NCBI RefSeq assembly: GCF_006345805.1
Contig: NC_043009.1
Span: 9,610,001 to 9,674,000 of the forward strand
Origin: Octopus sinensis
Taxonomy: Eukaryota
Reading direction: 5' to 3'
Length of the DNA: 64,000 nt
Both the position numbers and the translations under genes were made by a program. Positions 50,516-62,949 of this stretch are shown one piece after another. Below the pieces are notes generated by a model, which was not told the DNA's origin, ran no database searches, and saw only the letters and a program-made list of their open reading frames with translations. Position 1 is the stretch's first letter. Every line of letters starts with the position of its first letter.

Positions 50516-50745
50516 ACAAAATTAAGAGGAATAACCACTAAAGTGGACACATAATATGCTAAACATAGATGTCAGATCGCCATTACCACGAAGAATGTGT
50601 TCTCAAGAAAAATCTCAGCAAAATGCCAAAATGTAAAAATGAACAAGACAAATGAAAATATACGAAATAATAAATGATTACCTAAATATGCTAAGCCACT
50701 AGTTTTAATTGATTAATATCAATTTCTACCCTTTTTATTTAATAC

Positions 50746-50776
<31 letters not shown>

Positions 50777-50867
50777 ACACACTCGATAATGGACTCATAA
50801 AATACACTTTCACACACACACACACATTATCTAACTCATACATGCAAACACACAGTGACACAACTAT

Positions 50868-51142
50868 TGTATTTCCAGAGCGTCGGCTGCAGGGTCATTC
50901 CGAAAAGCTCTATCTGCGACGATTTCATCTCAATCGAAGGAGAGGGGCTTTCTCCGTCCGGGTTGCGGATCCGTGGAATAAGCTGCCAGATGAGATAGTG
51001 AAGATGCTGACAACCGCTCGGTTCAAAGTCTCCTTTGACCTCAAGTGGCCTGAACTCTTTACATGAACACCACCCTGTACATAACTCCATGTCCCCCTAC
51101 ATGGCCTTGCTTTTTGAGCCAAAAAATTAACTAACTAACTAA
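50868..51142 (+). mobile_element. CR1-type LINE 3' end
   Basis: RLQGHSEKL...RRGAFSVRVADPWNKLPDEIV C-terminal motif and short (TAAC)n tail. Confidence 0.75.
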
Positions 51143-51350
51143 ATATTTACGTATGCACATATATCTCGCATGTATATAACAAACCATCAACATATGCACA
51201 CACTTGAGAAAAAGGCTCACTGCCATGCACACACATAAAAAATAATATAATAAGGGGATGATGAATAATAAAATCATACAGTGTCTTGCTTTTATCTTGC
51301 TGCATAATAAATAAGCGGTAATGAGGTGAATTACTGCAACAGATACAAAC

Positions 51351-51471
51351 CTTTTGCATATTTGATACTCGGTTAATTAGAAGCAGAATGAATCTTTGAA
51401 GGGCTGGGCTTTGATTTGTGTGTATATATCACAACGTCCAAGTTGTTTCCAGGATAATGTAAAAGTATTAT
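51351..51471 (-). other. Probable non-coding 5'-UTR exon of the receptor gene
   Basis: Long T-tract acceptor (T-run then GTAG|) at 51472 and donor AAAG|GTTTGT at 51350; non-repetitive sequence on the same strand as the gene. Confidence 0.5.
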
Positions 51472-51589
51472 CTACAAAAAAAAAAAAAAAATCAAGCATG
51501 AAAATATTCATATAAATACAAATATACTTTCAGAAATAAATATAAATTATAAGTTACATCATATTTACTGTAAACATCAGCATTCAAAA

Positions 51590-51660
51590 GGGGCATTCCA
51601 ATTAAGGGACATTCCTTTCTACTTCTCGGCGTGAAGTGGATAAGAGATAAATCTGATAAA
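51590..51660. promoter_or_regulatory. Paired NF-kappaB-like sites plus three GATA sites
   Basis: GGGGCATTCC (51590-51599) and GGGACATTCC (51606-51615) fit GGGRNNYYCC; GATAAG/GATAAA at 51639, 51646 and 51655. Confidence 0.4.
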
Positions 51661-51985
51661 AACAGGCCAAGTTGAAATGTTCCACATGCTTTTCTGTTAC
51701 ATATGAGTTATGTCCTGGTTTCCTTATTTTACGCATGTCTGTATTTATGTGTGTAAGCAGACTTGTGCAGATATATTTCTATTTGTATGGGTGTGTTATA
51801 TTTCAAAATTCTACAAGTATTCTATATTCATTCTAAACATGGTTGCTTTTGCTGACAATAACAGCAGACCTGTAAGCAATATAGCTTATTCCAGAATTTG
51901 GGCGGAGAAAGTGTGTCAATCAAAAGAGAAACCAAACTGAGAAACACAGTTTGATAAAGTTATTAAATTAGCATAATATATATTA

Positions 51986-52157
51986 CTAGCAGGACCCGTG
52001 AATATTTCACAGAATTAATGGTAAACTTATAGGGTTATTTCTGAAAATTTTATCCCAAAATCCTGAAAGCGTAGCTTGTGTCTGTCTCAAAAGATAATCA
52101 CTCTTCTACTAATCATTGAAAAGTGAAGGCAATTAGAATACAATGATTACTTAATGC

Positions 52158-52195
<38 letters not shown>
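51986..52195 (-). mobile_element. Short non-autonomous Helitron-like element
   Basis: Minus strand ends ctgtgaa-atat-tcacgg hairpin ...CTAG^T; 5' (TA)n-taaag start. Confidence 0.45.
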
Positions 52196-52200
<5 letters not shown>

Positions 52201-53710
52201 TATATACTTTATGCACAATTCTATAAACTCCCCCTTTCTCTCTCACTCTTCGCCTTACCCGCTTTCTTTCCCTCCTTTTTCTTTCACTCTTCGCATTTCT
52301 TTTCAATGAATCACATGAAAGTATTACAGATGTGCTAAATAACAGGATGGGGGTGGGGGAAACTTAGTTTTAAAAAATTACATATTTCACTCAGAATGAC
52401 AATGTTATATTATTATTTTTATTTATGCGCCCTTTTCAAGCCTAGCCAGGCTCATGGCCCCGGTTGCCCAGTTTCTGTGGCGTATGTGTTCCCCCCAGCT
52501 GGACGGGATGCCAGTCCATCGCAGCATTACTCAAGAAGCAGGAAGACAGAGTGAGAGAAAGTTGGGGTGAAAGAGTACAATAGGTGTCGCCACAACCCCC
52601 TGCCGGAGCCTCTTGGAGCTTTAGGTGTTTTCGCTTAATAAACACACACAACGTCCAGTCTGAGAATTGAAACCTCGATCCTCCAACCACAAGTCTGCTG
52701 CCCTAACCACTGGGCCATTGCGCCTCCACAATGTTATATTACTGAATTCTTTATTATTTTCAAAATTGACTTAAACAAATGCAGGCTATTTCAACTGAAA
52801 TATGGAGACAAAACGGTTAAAGTGTGGAAGAAACAGTGAAATTCATTTTATCACTGATTAATAGCTAGTTTCCCAAGAGGTTACCAAACAAAAATGTGAC
52901 ATTGGAATAAGAACACAATTTGTTACTTCTCTTCATATTTTTGTTTACATTTTTTTTTTAGTCAAGAGAGAATGTAGTGTTATGACTCTTTACAAGGCTT
53001 CTAAGATTGATGAGAGGGAAAGTGGGAGGGAGAGAAGGAGGGAAATATCTTCAAATAAGGAACACGGTTCAATTTCAAATGCTCACAACATTAAAAAATT
53101 TTTTTAACAATAATTGTAAACTGCTGTATAGATTTACAAAGATTATTTGCTGTTTTATTCAAATTTACTCAATTCCTGCATGTATAAACACACACACCCT
53201 GGTGTGCCTATTTCTTTTATGAAATATCTTTTTATTTTAGAAATATTAATCCAAATGACTGAAATGTATGTTATAGGACTTTTCAGAATATTTGCTTAGA
53301 CTTACAATTAGATCATCATCATCATCATCATCGTTTAACGTCCGTTTTCCATGCTAGCATGGGTTGGACGGTTTGACCGGGGTCTGGGAAGCCAGAAGGC
53401 TGCACCAGGCTCCAGTCTTATCTGGCAATGTTTCTACGGCTGGATGCCCTTCCTAACGCCAACCACTCCGTGAAAGTAGTGGGTGCTTTTTATGTGCCAC
53501 CGGCTCAGGTACCAGGGGAGGCTGGCAACAGCCATGATCGGTTGGTGCTGTTTATGTGCCACCGGCACAGGTACCAGGGGAGGCTGGCAACGGCCACGAT
53601 CAGCTGGTGCTTTTTATGTGCCACCGGCACAGGTACCAGGGGAGGCTGGCAACGGCCATGATCGGTTGGCGCTTTTTACGTGCCACTGGCACGGTAAAAG
53701 AAAACAAACA

Positions 53711-53782
53711 TTCCCATGCCGGGAATCGAACCCAGGCTGCCTGGGTGAAAGCCAGGAATCCTAACCACTAGACTACATGGGG
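53711..53782 (-). tRNA. tRNA-Glu (anticodon TTC)
   Basis: 72-nt cloverleaf: acceptor CCCCATG/CATGGGA (1:72 mismatch), anticodon stem CCTGG/CCAGG with loop CT-TTC-AC, TTCGATT T-loop, intact A/B boxes, T-runs just downstream. Confidence 0.8.
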
Positions 53783-53869
53783 TGTATAAAGACAAAAAAA
53801 AAGCAGGGCATATAATAGCATAATGAAGATGTTAGACAAAATACATCCATTCTGTAGGGATTAATCAAT

Positions 53870-54240
53870 ACAGTTATTTTTCTTGTCACCTGGAATAATC
53901 ACTTCAGGATCATTTTGAATCCAGAGAATCCAATAATTGCAGAAATTATAAAGAACTCTGATATTTAATCAGTAAATATGATGAAGATTTGGCAAGTCAT
54001 CTTGATACAACTTCTGTTTTCTCAGATTCCTCAAACAGAATTCAAAATGACTTCATCCATGCAGTTCAAAAAGTTACATTGAATGAAATAGAAAATGAAG
54101 TAGATTAAATTTGTAGCTACTCCTGCAGATGAAATGTCCAATTTATTGAATAAGTCACAACTGTAAACTGTTTTGCATTGTGTTACTAAAGAACTATTGA
54201 CCAGTTTTAGTGATGTTAGTGCAATCTCAGGACAGAGCAA
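53870..54240 (+). mobile_element. hAT-superfamily transposase remnant
   Basis: Frameshifted peptide ...RNYKEL...LASHLDTTSVFSDSSNRIQNDFIHAV... then ...ADEMSNLLNKSQL..., matching the hAT S-x-x-IQN and DE(T/S)-x-D-x-S-x-x-x-QL motifs. Confidence 0.7.
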
Positions 54241-54244
54241 TCTG

Positions 54245-54838
54245 AGTGATAAATCACAAACATCCAGTCAAAATCATGGTGTTTGGAGTGATCACAAGTG
54301 ATGATGATGTTATGCTTCCATTCATTTTCCTACATGGCCTCAGACTCAACATGGAGGCCTACATCAAGTGCCTGGAGGAGGTAGTGCTGACCTGGGTCAA
54401 GAGGGTGGCTGCTGGACTCTGCACCATGCCACACAAGCAGGAGAACCCAGTCATGGCTGTCAGACAATTTCTGCAACCACATCACCCCTAAAATCTGACC
54501 ATCTAACTCCCCATACTGCAATCTCCTTGATTATTATGTGTGGGACATAGTTGAGTGAGAGACCAACAAAACTTCTTGTAACACCAAAGATGAACTGAAG
54601 GCAAGGATTATAATAGCATTCTCTAACTTAAACAAGGAGATCGACCAGAAGAGTTGCAGGAGATTCTGGAGTCGTCTGGAGAATGTGGTTGAAGTTACTG
54701 GCGATTTTATTGAATAAATTTACTCTTTAGTATTTCAAGATATTTTTATGTAATTTTGGTAAATATGTCTGTTAAAATGAGATGTCAGCATTATTTTTGC
54801 TTTTGCGTAATTTAGATGACAGTTTATTCACCGCACCA
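54245..54838 (+). mobile_element. Tc1/mariner remnant, same family as 3341-4177
   Basis: ORF 54246-54491 is near-identical to 3688-3990; shared terminal sequence. Confidence 0.8.
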
Positions 54839-57800
54839 CATAATCCCTCCCTCCCTACCAACATATACATATATCATCATCATCATTTAGCGTCCGTTTT
54901 CCATGCTAGCATGGGTTGGACGGTTCAACTGGGGTCTGTGAAGCCAGGAGGCTGCACCAGGCTCCAGTTTGATCTGGCAGTGTTTCTACGGCTGGATGCC
55001 TTTCCTAATGCCAACCACTCCGTGAGTGTAGTGGGTGCTTTTTACGTGCCACCCGCACAGGTGCCAGACAGATATATATCGATATATATTGGCATGATAG
55101 ATTGTTAGCCACTACGCACATTTTTTTCTCTCCTTGTTTTTTCTGTGTCCCTTTCTGTAGAAGAGCGTAGGCTTGAAACATAAAAGACTTTTTCTATTCC
55201 TGGGTGTCATACTAATACATCTTTGTATTGTACACCAGATTGTAATACATCTTTGTTTTGTACACCACCTGTCTTCGTCCTTTGTTTTTTTCATAAACTC
55301 ACCCTATATATATATATATATATACATATATAAAATATGTGCAAATATGTTTGTGGACATTGTGGTCAATGAAACATGTGAAAAGATGTTATAATTTAAT
55401 AATTCCACAGTGTATTCTTCTTTCTTGTAGTGTGTGTATGTGTGTGTGTGTTTTCATGAGCTGGCAGAATCATTAGCACGCCGGGCGAAATGCATAGCCG
55501 TATTTCGTCTGTCGCTACGTTCCGAGTTCAAATTCCGCCGAGGTCGACTTTGCCTTTCATCCTTTCAAGGTCGATAAATTAAGTACCAGTTACGCACTGG
55601 GGTCGATGTAATCGACTTAATCCCTTTGTCTGTCGTTGTTTGTCCCCTCTGTGTTTAGCCCCTTGTGGGTAGTAAAGAAATATATATATATACATAGTAT
55701 TTGAATATGAGCTACTAAAGTTTTCTTCAGACTCATTGTGGCATGGCTGTATATGTGTTCTGTTATTTGGTAAAAGAAACTGGTTGTTGTCAAACTTGGA
55801 GTAGGTTTAACTTCCAGAAGATACCTATAGTTTACATCTGTACTCAAACAACTCCATCAATGTTAGGGGTTTCTCTCTAAGAGAGAGAGAGAAATGAATA
55901 AAGAAAAATATACAAGAAAAGAAATAAAGAATGAGATTTAACCCTTCAGTATTTAAACCAGTCATATCTGGCCAAAATATTCTACCTATTTTATGTTCAA
56001 ATTAACTTGATTTGACCTCTCACACCCACCCAACCATGTCGCTCTAAAAATAAACAATCACATCATCAAAGTCTCAAAACTATGAGATAATGTGTGATTA
56101 ATTCAAAGAAACATGAATAAATAAGTATTATATTTAACTGAGTGATATGAATGCTAAAAGAGATAGAGTGAAAAATAATGAAACAGAAAGAGCAAAAGTA
56201 GGATATGATAAAAACAGAAAGAGAGAAGGAAATACTAAAAAAAAACAATAAAAAAATAGAAAGCAAGGAGTGTCCATTTGTTGAATGTTCTGACTTATTG
56301 GAACACAATATAAAGGGAAGCTGTATAAAATATTTATACTCTTTTTTTTCTCTCTTACTATAACTTCTACAAAACTTACAATTTAACACTTAAAAGTTTA
56401 GCATATATTAAAACATGATTATTTATTTATTTATTTATTTATTGTATTTTGTGAATCTTGACCCACACTGTCCTGACTTCACAAAAATATTTAGCATTTC
56501 CCACACTGTGAACCTTTCTCTTCCAATTCAGTTTGTTAAGTACCTTTGAACCAAAAAACCGAACTACTTTGAAAAGAGAGATAGAGATAGATAGATAGAT
56601 AGATAGAGAGAGAGAGGGGGGGAACACAATTTCCTATTATATTATTTCAAGTGTTTTACAGCATGTACTGGAGCGATTTGGACAAAAAATTTTTTGTATT
56701 AAAAACAAAGTGATACAACTCCCACGTTTGTGTGCACCAAACCTTTTCATCATCATCATCATCGTTGTTTAACGTCCGTTTTCTGTGCTAGCACAGGTTG
56801 GACGGTTCGACAGGAGTCTGGGAAGCCAGGAGGCTGCACCAGGCTCCAGTCTATTTAAGTTTATTTAAAAAAATAAATTTTGATAAATTTCTGGGATTAA
56901 AATTAAGGAAATGAAAAATGTTTATGAAAAACAAAGTATATCTTGCAGTATATTTCCTTTGATACTTAAAATCTGTGAATATTTAAACATTTGGGAATCA
57001 CGAGCACTATAGCTGTCATGGGTTCAAAAAGATTAACCCTTACTTTAGAAGGAAAAATGACATTAAAATTTTTCCTTCTAAAATTTTAGGAAAATAAAAA
57101 TAAGAAAAAATTGGAAATTTTACCGGTAAGTTTGTTACCTTATAAGGCACAAAAAGAAAATGACTCTCCTCAGACACAACAGAATATGCTTCAACACACG
57201 AACTCACATAAAGAATCTTGCAAACCAAATCCCAAAATGAAATAACTTTAATCCTTTCGTTACTGTATTTATTTTGAGATGTTCTGTGTTTCTTTCAAGT
57301 ACTTTAAATATAACAAAGAATTTAGTAAAATAACTTAGTTAACATTGAACTAGTGTTAGGAACATGAATTGTGACTAAGGTTTGGTGGAAGATTTTAATT
57401 CAAAACTTTTGAAAACAAGACATTTTTACTCAGAGCCAGAGCTGGTTTCAGCCGGGTTGGTATTGAAAGGGTTAAAATGTTTGTTGTATTTTAATATTTA
57501 ACATGTAAAATCAGTAAGAATTGTATTGAATTCCTCATGTTGCTATATTCTTTATATTCCAGCAACTTGAACATAGATCCTGATAGTTTGTTTTTCTCAA
57601 CACCAAAAATTGGTAGGCTTGTATTTAGTTAGCTAGTGCATCTACTGGACTAACAGATGAACATTTTGTTCCATTAACAAGGATGGCTCCAAGAGCTGTC
57701 ACAGAGAAGCTTACTAGCTGGTGTAAGTGGATGGAACCCAGTTCACACAATTCCAGAGACAGAGTATCCTAAAGGAGGTTTCAAAAGTCAGTGTTTCTGG

Positions 57801-57969
57801 CAGTTGTCCTGACATTGGTAGCCACAAAAGACATAGTAACAAAAAACATAGCAGACCATTTAAGAAGCATTAATTTAGACCTTCTCTTTTACTGGAAACC
57901 CAAATAACGTCACACAAAGAGCAACCAGCTCAACACTCATGCTTCCAACTAGCAAAGCTACAGCCAAGT

Positions 57970-59965
57970 TCACACAAGAAATATTGTGTACTCTCGACTA
58001 CCTTTCAACAACAACTCAAATAACTGGTCTGTGGTATCAACCATTGATGAAATGAGCTCAAACTCAGCCACAGGCCCTGATAGATCCCCTGCAATTCTAA
58101 AGAAATGCAAAGGGGATGGCCTGAGGGCCTTTCTCCCCCCCAGGAATGGCGTGGTGCGAACAAGGACTGGTGAAGTCTCTCCATCAACACTTTGTACATG
58201 GAACAAATAATGCTCCAACCAACCAGGGCAGGTAATATACTGGGTCCCTGCTTCACAAATAATATGGATCTCATTCATAATGTGAAAGTAACACCGACAC
58301 TACTCTTGGATCACAACTTGGTAGAGCTGACCATGTATGGACCAAAGGAAACCATGGATATGCAGCCTACAAGAAACTCTCAGAATCTTTCCAGCTTGAA
58401 CTTCCATAAGGTAAGCTGGAAACAAATTGAGAAAGAGATCCTCAAATAAAACTGGCCTAAATGTCTCTCCTCACCGGACATCATCGTGAAACTTCAACAA
58501 TTCATGTCTGTAATGAAAGCCATATGCTACAAATGTGTTCTGGAGAGAAAGGCCACTGTACACAAGAACAAAATCTCCAGGGAGAGGAAAATTCTTATGA
58601 GAAGGTGTACAAAAGTTTCAAATCGCCTAAACAAACAAATTAAAAGCAGTGAAAAGTCCTGCCTGAAAATTGAACAAAATCTGCAACTCTCCCATGAAAA
58701 AGAAAGGGCAGACAAAAAAGTCTGGACTATAGACAATATAAAATCTAACCCCAGCACCTACTACAAATATGTCAAAGAAACAGCCTCAGTGCACTGCAGG
58801 GTAGGGCCACTCCTTGAAAAAGATGGTTCACTCACAGGAAACTCAATGAAGATAAGTGAAATGCTAAATGAGCAATTCAAAAGTGTTTTCACTTCACCCC
58901 TAGGACACTTGCAAATCAGCAATCCAGCTGACATTTTTACCATTCCAGATATAAAAACAGAGGCAATGATGATCGATTACATCAATATAAAGGAAGATGA
59001 TGTAATAAGGGCTATAGATGAGATGAACCCAAACTCAGCTACTGGCCCTGATGGATTCCTAACAATCCTTCTAAAAGTATGTAAGCGAGTCCTAGCAAGA
59101 CCACTGCAGTCCCTCTTTCAGAGCTTCCTTGTGAGTGGCAAACTTCCAAGAAAACTGAAGGAAGGTAAAATATGCCCTATTCATAAAGGAGGTAGCAGAG
59201 CGGAGGCCAAGAACTACAGACCTATCTCTCTGACCTCACACATCAACAAGGTCATGGAACGAATAGTCAGAAGGAAACTGATCACCTTCCTTGAAGAAAA
59301 TGACTTGCTGCCTGACACCCAACATGGTGTCCGACCAGGGAGAAGCTGCTTAACTCAGCTCCTACAACACTATGACTGGGTGCTGAAACAGCTGCTCAAC
59401 CACTCAAATTGATATATCTTGACTTTGCAAAGGCCTTTGATAAAGTCGATCATGGAATGATATGTCACAAACTGTGTGATCTCGGCATAGTTGGAAAATT
59501 GGGAGAATGGCTTCATGACTTTCTGAAGGATAGAAATCAGGTGGTAGTAGCCAATGGGGCCACCTCCAATGACACACAAATAGTGAGCAGTGTTCCACAA
59601 GGCACTGTTTTGGGACCACTACTGTTCATAATGGCTCTCTCAGACATGCCCTCACCCTCGCAGAGAGCCACGATCACAAGTTATGCAGATGATACAAAAC
59701 TCTCACAGGTAATACAGAACCCTGAAGACAATATGCACCTGCAATGTGAGCTGGAGGAGATATACAAGTGGGCTGAAAAGAATAGCATGCATTTTCATGC
59801 TGAAAGGTTTCAAGCCTTGAGCTAATAGCATGCAAAACTAAATGCAATACCCAATAAATACACTGGACCTGGAGGGACTGCAATCCCAGAGGCACAGTCA
59901 GTGCAAGACCTGGGTATTTACATGAGTAATGATGCAACCTTTCATGTGCATGTTGCTAAATTGGC
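57970..59965 (+). mobile_element. CR1-type non-LTR retrotransposon ORF2 (endonuclease end + reverse transcriptase), pseudogenised
   Basis: NYRPISLTSH, QHGVRPGRSCLTQL, YLDFAKAFDKV, PQGTVLGPLLF, YADDTK; frameshift near 59410 and in-frame stops. Confidence 0.9.
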
Positions 59966-60194
59966 ATGGGGTAGATGTAGGTGTCTTCAAAATATAGCTG
60001 GACCTCTTCCTGTCAAGTGTCCCAGATGAACCAACTTCGCGGCAGTAGGTGCAGATGAGGGTAGCTGCATCAAACTCTCTCATGCACCAAATGTCATTAA
60101 AAAGCATTCGTGAAGTAAAATTATGTAGCAACACCAAATGGCGGTGCCCCAGCATGGACACAGCTCGTGAGCAGAAACTACATAAAATAAAACA

Positions 60195-60256
<62 letters not shown>

Positions 60257-61391
60257 TACATAAATATATACATATGCATAAATGTATACATGTACATAAA
60301 TATATATATATACATAAATATATACATATAAACAGCTGAGTGGTAAGTAGCTTTCTTACCAACCACATGGTTCTGGGTTCAGTCCCACTGAGTGGCATCT
60401 TGGGCAAGTGTCTTCTACTATAGCCTCGGGCTGACCAAAGCCTTGTGAGTGGATTTTGTAGATGGAAGCTGAAATAAGCCCGTCGTATATATGTATATAT
60501 ATATATATAAATATGTATGTGTGTGTGTGTATATGTTTGTGTGTCTGTGTTTGCCCCCCCCCCAAACATCGCTTGACAACCGATGCTGGTGTGTTTATGT
60601 CCCTGTAACTTAGCGGTTCGGCTAAAGGGACCGATAGAATATGTACTAGGCTTCCAAAGAATAATTCCTGGGCTCGATCTGCTTGACTTACGGCGGTGCT
60701 CCAGCATGGCCACAGTCAAATGACTGAAACAAGTAAAAGAGTAAAAGAGTTAGAACATAAAGACAGCTGAAATGCTGCTAAGCTTGTTGCCTGGATTGTT
60801 AGCAATTCTGCCAGCTCACTGCCTAGAAGCAAAGAAGGCAGACTAGTTGATTGGTCCAGAAAGTGATGATGCAGGCATGTTTGCTGATGAGATGCCAGAA
60901 TCTCTGAGTGGACAAACAGTTGCTATGCTAATTTATCCAGTAAGTAGGTTACTATAAAAAAAGCAGCATGGGGTATTCACCAATTCGCAACAAGATTTTA
61001 ATTTCCAAACAGGAAGTTGCAATATCTAACAAAACTTCTGTGATAAGAACATGAGATGCTTAGATAGTCTACAAAGCAAGAACTTTAGTGGTGTTAGGAA
61101 AACTACACACTTCACTAATCTTTCTCTTTCCTCTCTCCCTTCTCCACCAATTCCTCTCCCTTACACTCATATATTATTACTCTCTCTTTACTCTTTTACT
61201 TGTTTCAGTCATTTGACTGCGGCCATGCTGGAGCACTGCCTTTAGTCGAGCAAATCGACCCCGGGACTTATTCTTTGTAAGCCCAGTACTTATTCTATCG
61301 GTCCCTTTTGCCGAACCGCTAAGTGACGGGGACGTAAACACACCAACATCGGTTGTCAAGCAATGCTAGCGGGACAAACACAGACACACAA

Positions 61392-61493
<102 letters not shown>

Positions 61494-62432
61494 ATATACA
61501 TATATGACAGGCTTCTTTCAGTTTCTGCCTACCAAATCCACTCACAAGGCATTGGTCGGCCCGGGGCTATAGTAGAAGACACTTGCCCAAGATGCCACGC
61601 AGTGGGACTGAACCCGGAACCATGTGGTTGGTAAGCAAGCTACTTACCACACAGCCACTCCTGCACCTATTATTACTATTATTATTATTATTATTATTAT
61701 TAAAACAGTGAGCTGGTGGAATCATTAGCACACAGAATGAAATGCTTAGCAGTATTTCGCCCGTTGCTATGTTCTGGGTTCAAATTCTGCTGAGGTTGAC
61801 TTTGCTTTTCATCCTTTCTGGGTCAACAAAATAAATACCACCGGAACACTGGAATCGATGTAATTGACTCATCCCTTCCCCTCAAATTTTGCCACAAGAG
61901 CACCTCATTTTTCTGAACCAAAATAAGGTATTTGCAGCATATTAGGAGGTCAGTGTACTTGATTCTATGCAAAAAATCAAATTTTTCTTAGTGGAAATTT
62001 ACCATAATGTTGTTATTTAGCCTCAAATAAACCATGATGCTGCAAACGTGGCATCAAAGACATTCCAGCCTTCAGCAAACCGTCTTTTTGGGGATAATCT
62101 TGGACTTTACATACAATAGGTGTGTGATTTAGGTAGGGGGATACTTTGGTTGCTATTTTTAGCATGTCGAGTGACCAGGTAGAGGCTCTTTCATTGGTTC
62201 GATTGCGCGATGAGATTTTTTACACATATATGTAATATGTATATATATCATTGGCAGAAGTTAGAGAGTAAGTCAAAAGCTGAGAGTTCCATGTATTGGC
62301 ACTTATCAAACAGACTTTGCCTTTCATCCTTTTTGGGAGTCAATGAGATAAGTACTAATGACACACTGGGGTCAATGCAATTGACTAGTACCCTCCCCCA
62401 AAATTTCAGGCTTCGTGCTTTTAGTAGAAAGG

Positions 62433-62468
<36 letters not shown>

Positions 62469-62949
62469 GAGAAGAAGAAGACAACAACAACAGCAGATGG
62501 CAGAAATAATTATGTTACTGGCAAATTTCTTTGCATAGTATTTAGTTGTATACTTATTTTTTCTGGGTTCAAACTTTTCCAAAGCCAACATTGACTTTTA
62601 TCCTTCAATAACTCATAAAATAATTACTGGAGGTAATTGCTTACAGCTGTCCTTCATCAGATGTCATCAGATGCCATACAAAGGTAATATTCAGAAAAAT
62701 TATAATCCTATTAATAACAATCTTAGTCATGTAAAAACTGTCCCACATAGGTGTGGAGGATAGTGGACTGTTGATGTGAACTGAGTTTCAAACTCAATAA
62801 AGTTGTCTAGAATATTGATCAAAAGAAGGTGGGCAATTAGTAAACCTTCTACAGTTATTCAAATCTGTATTAGTATATTTAATGGAAGGAGTAACAATAC
62901 AATTAACAGGAAATAAAGTGGGGGGAAGAAAACAACTGATTGTTTTTCT

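Noticed and set aside
59898-60719. 273-aa minus-strand ORF and many similar 60-150 aa ORFs (MLGGQTQTH..., MTTDAGVFTSPS...)
   Set aside because: Recurrent translations of SINE family A and microsatellites
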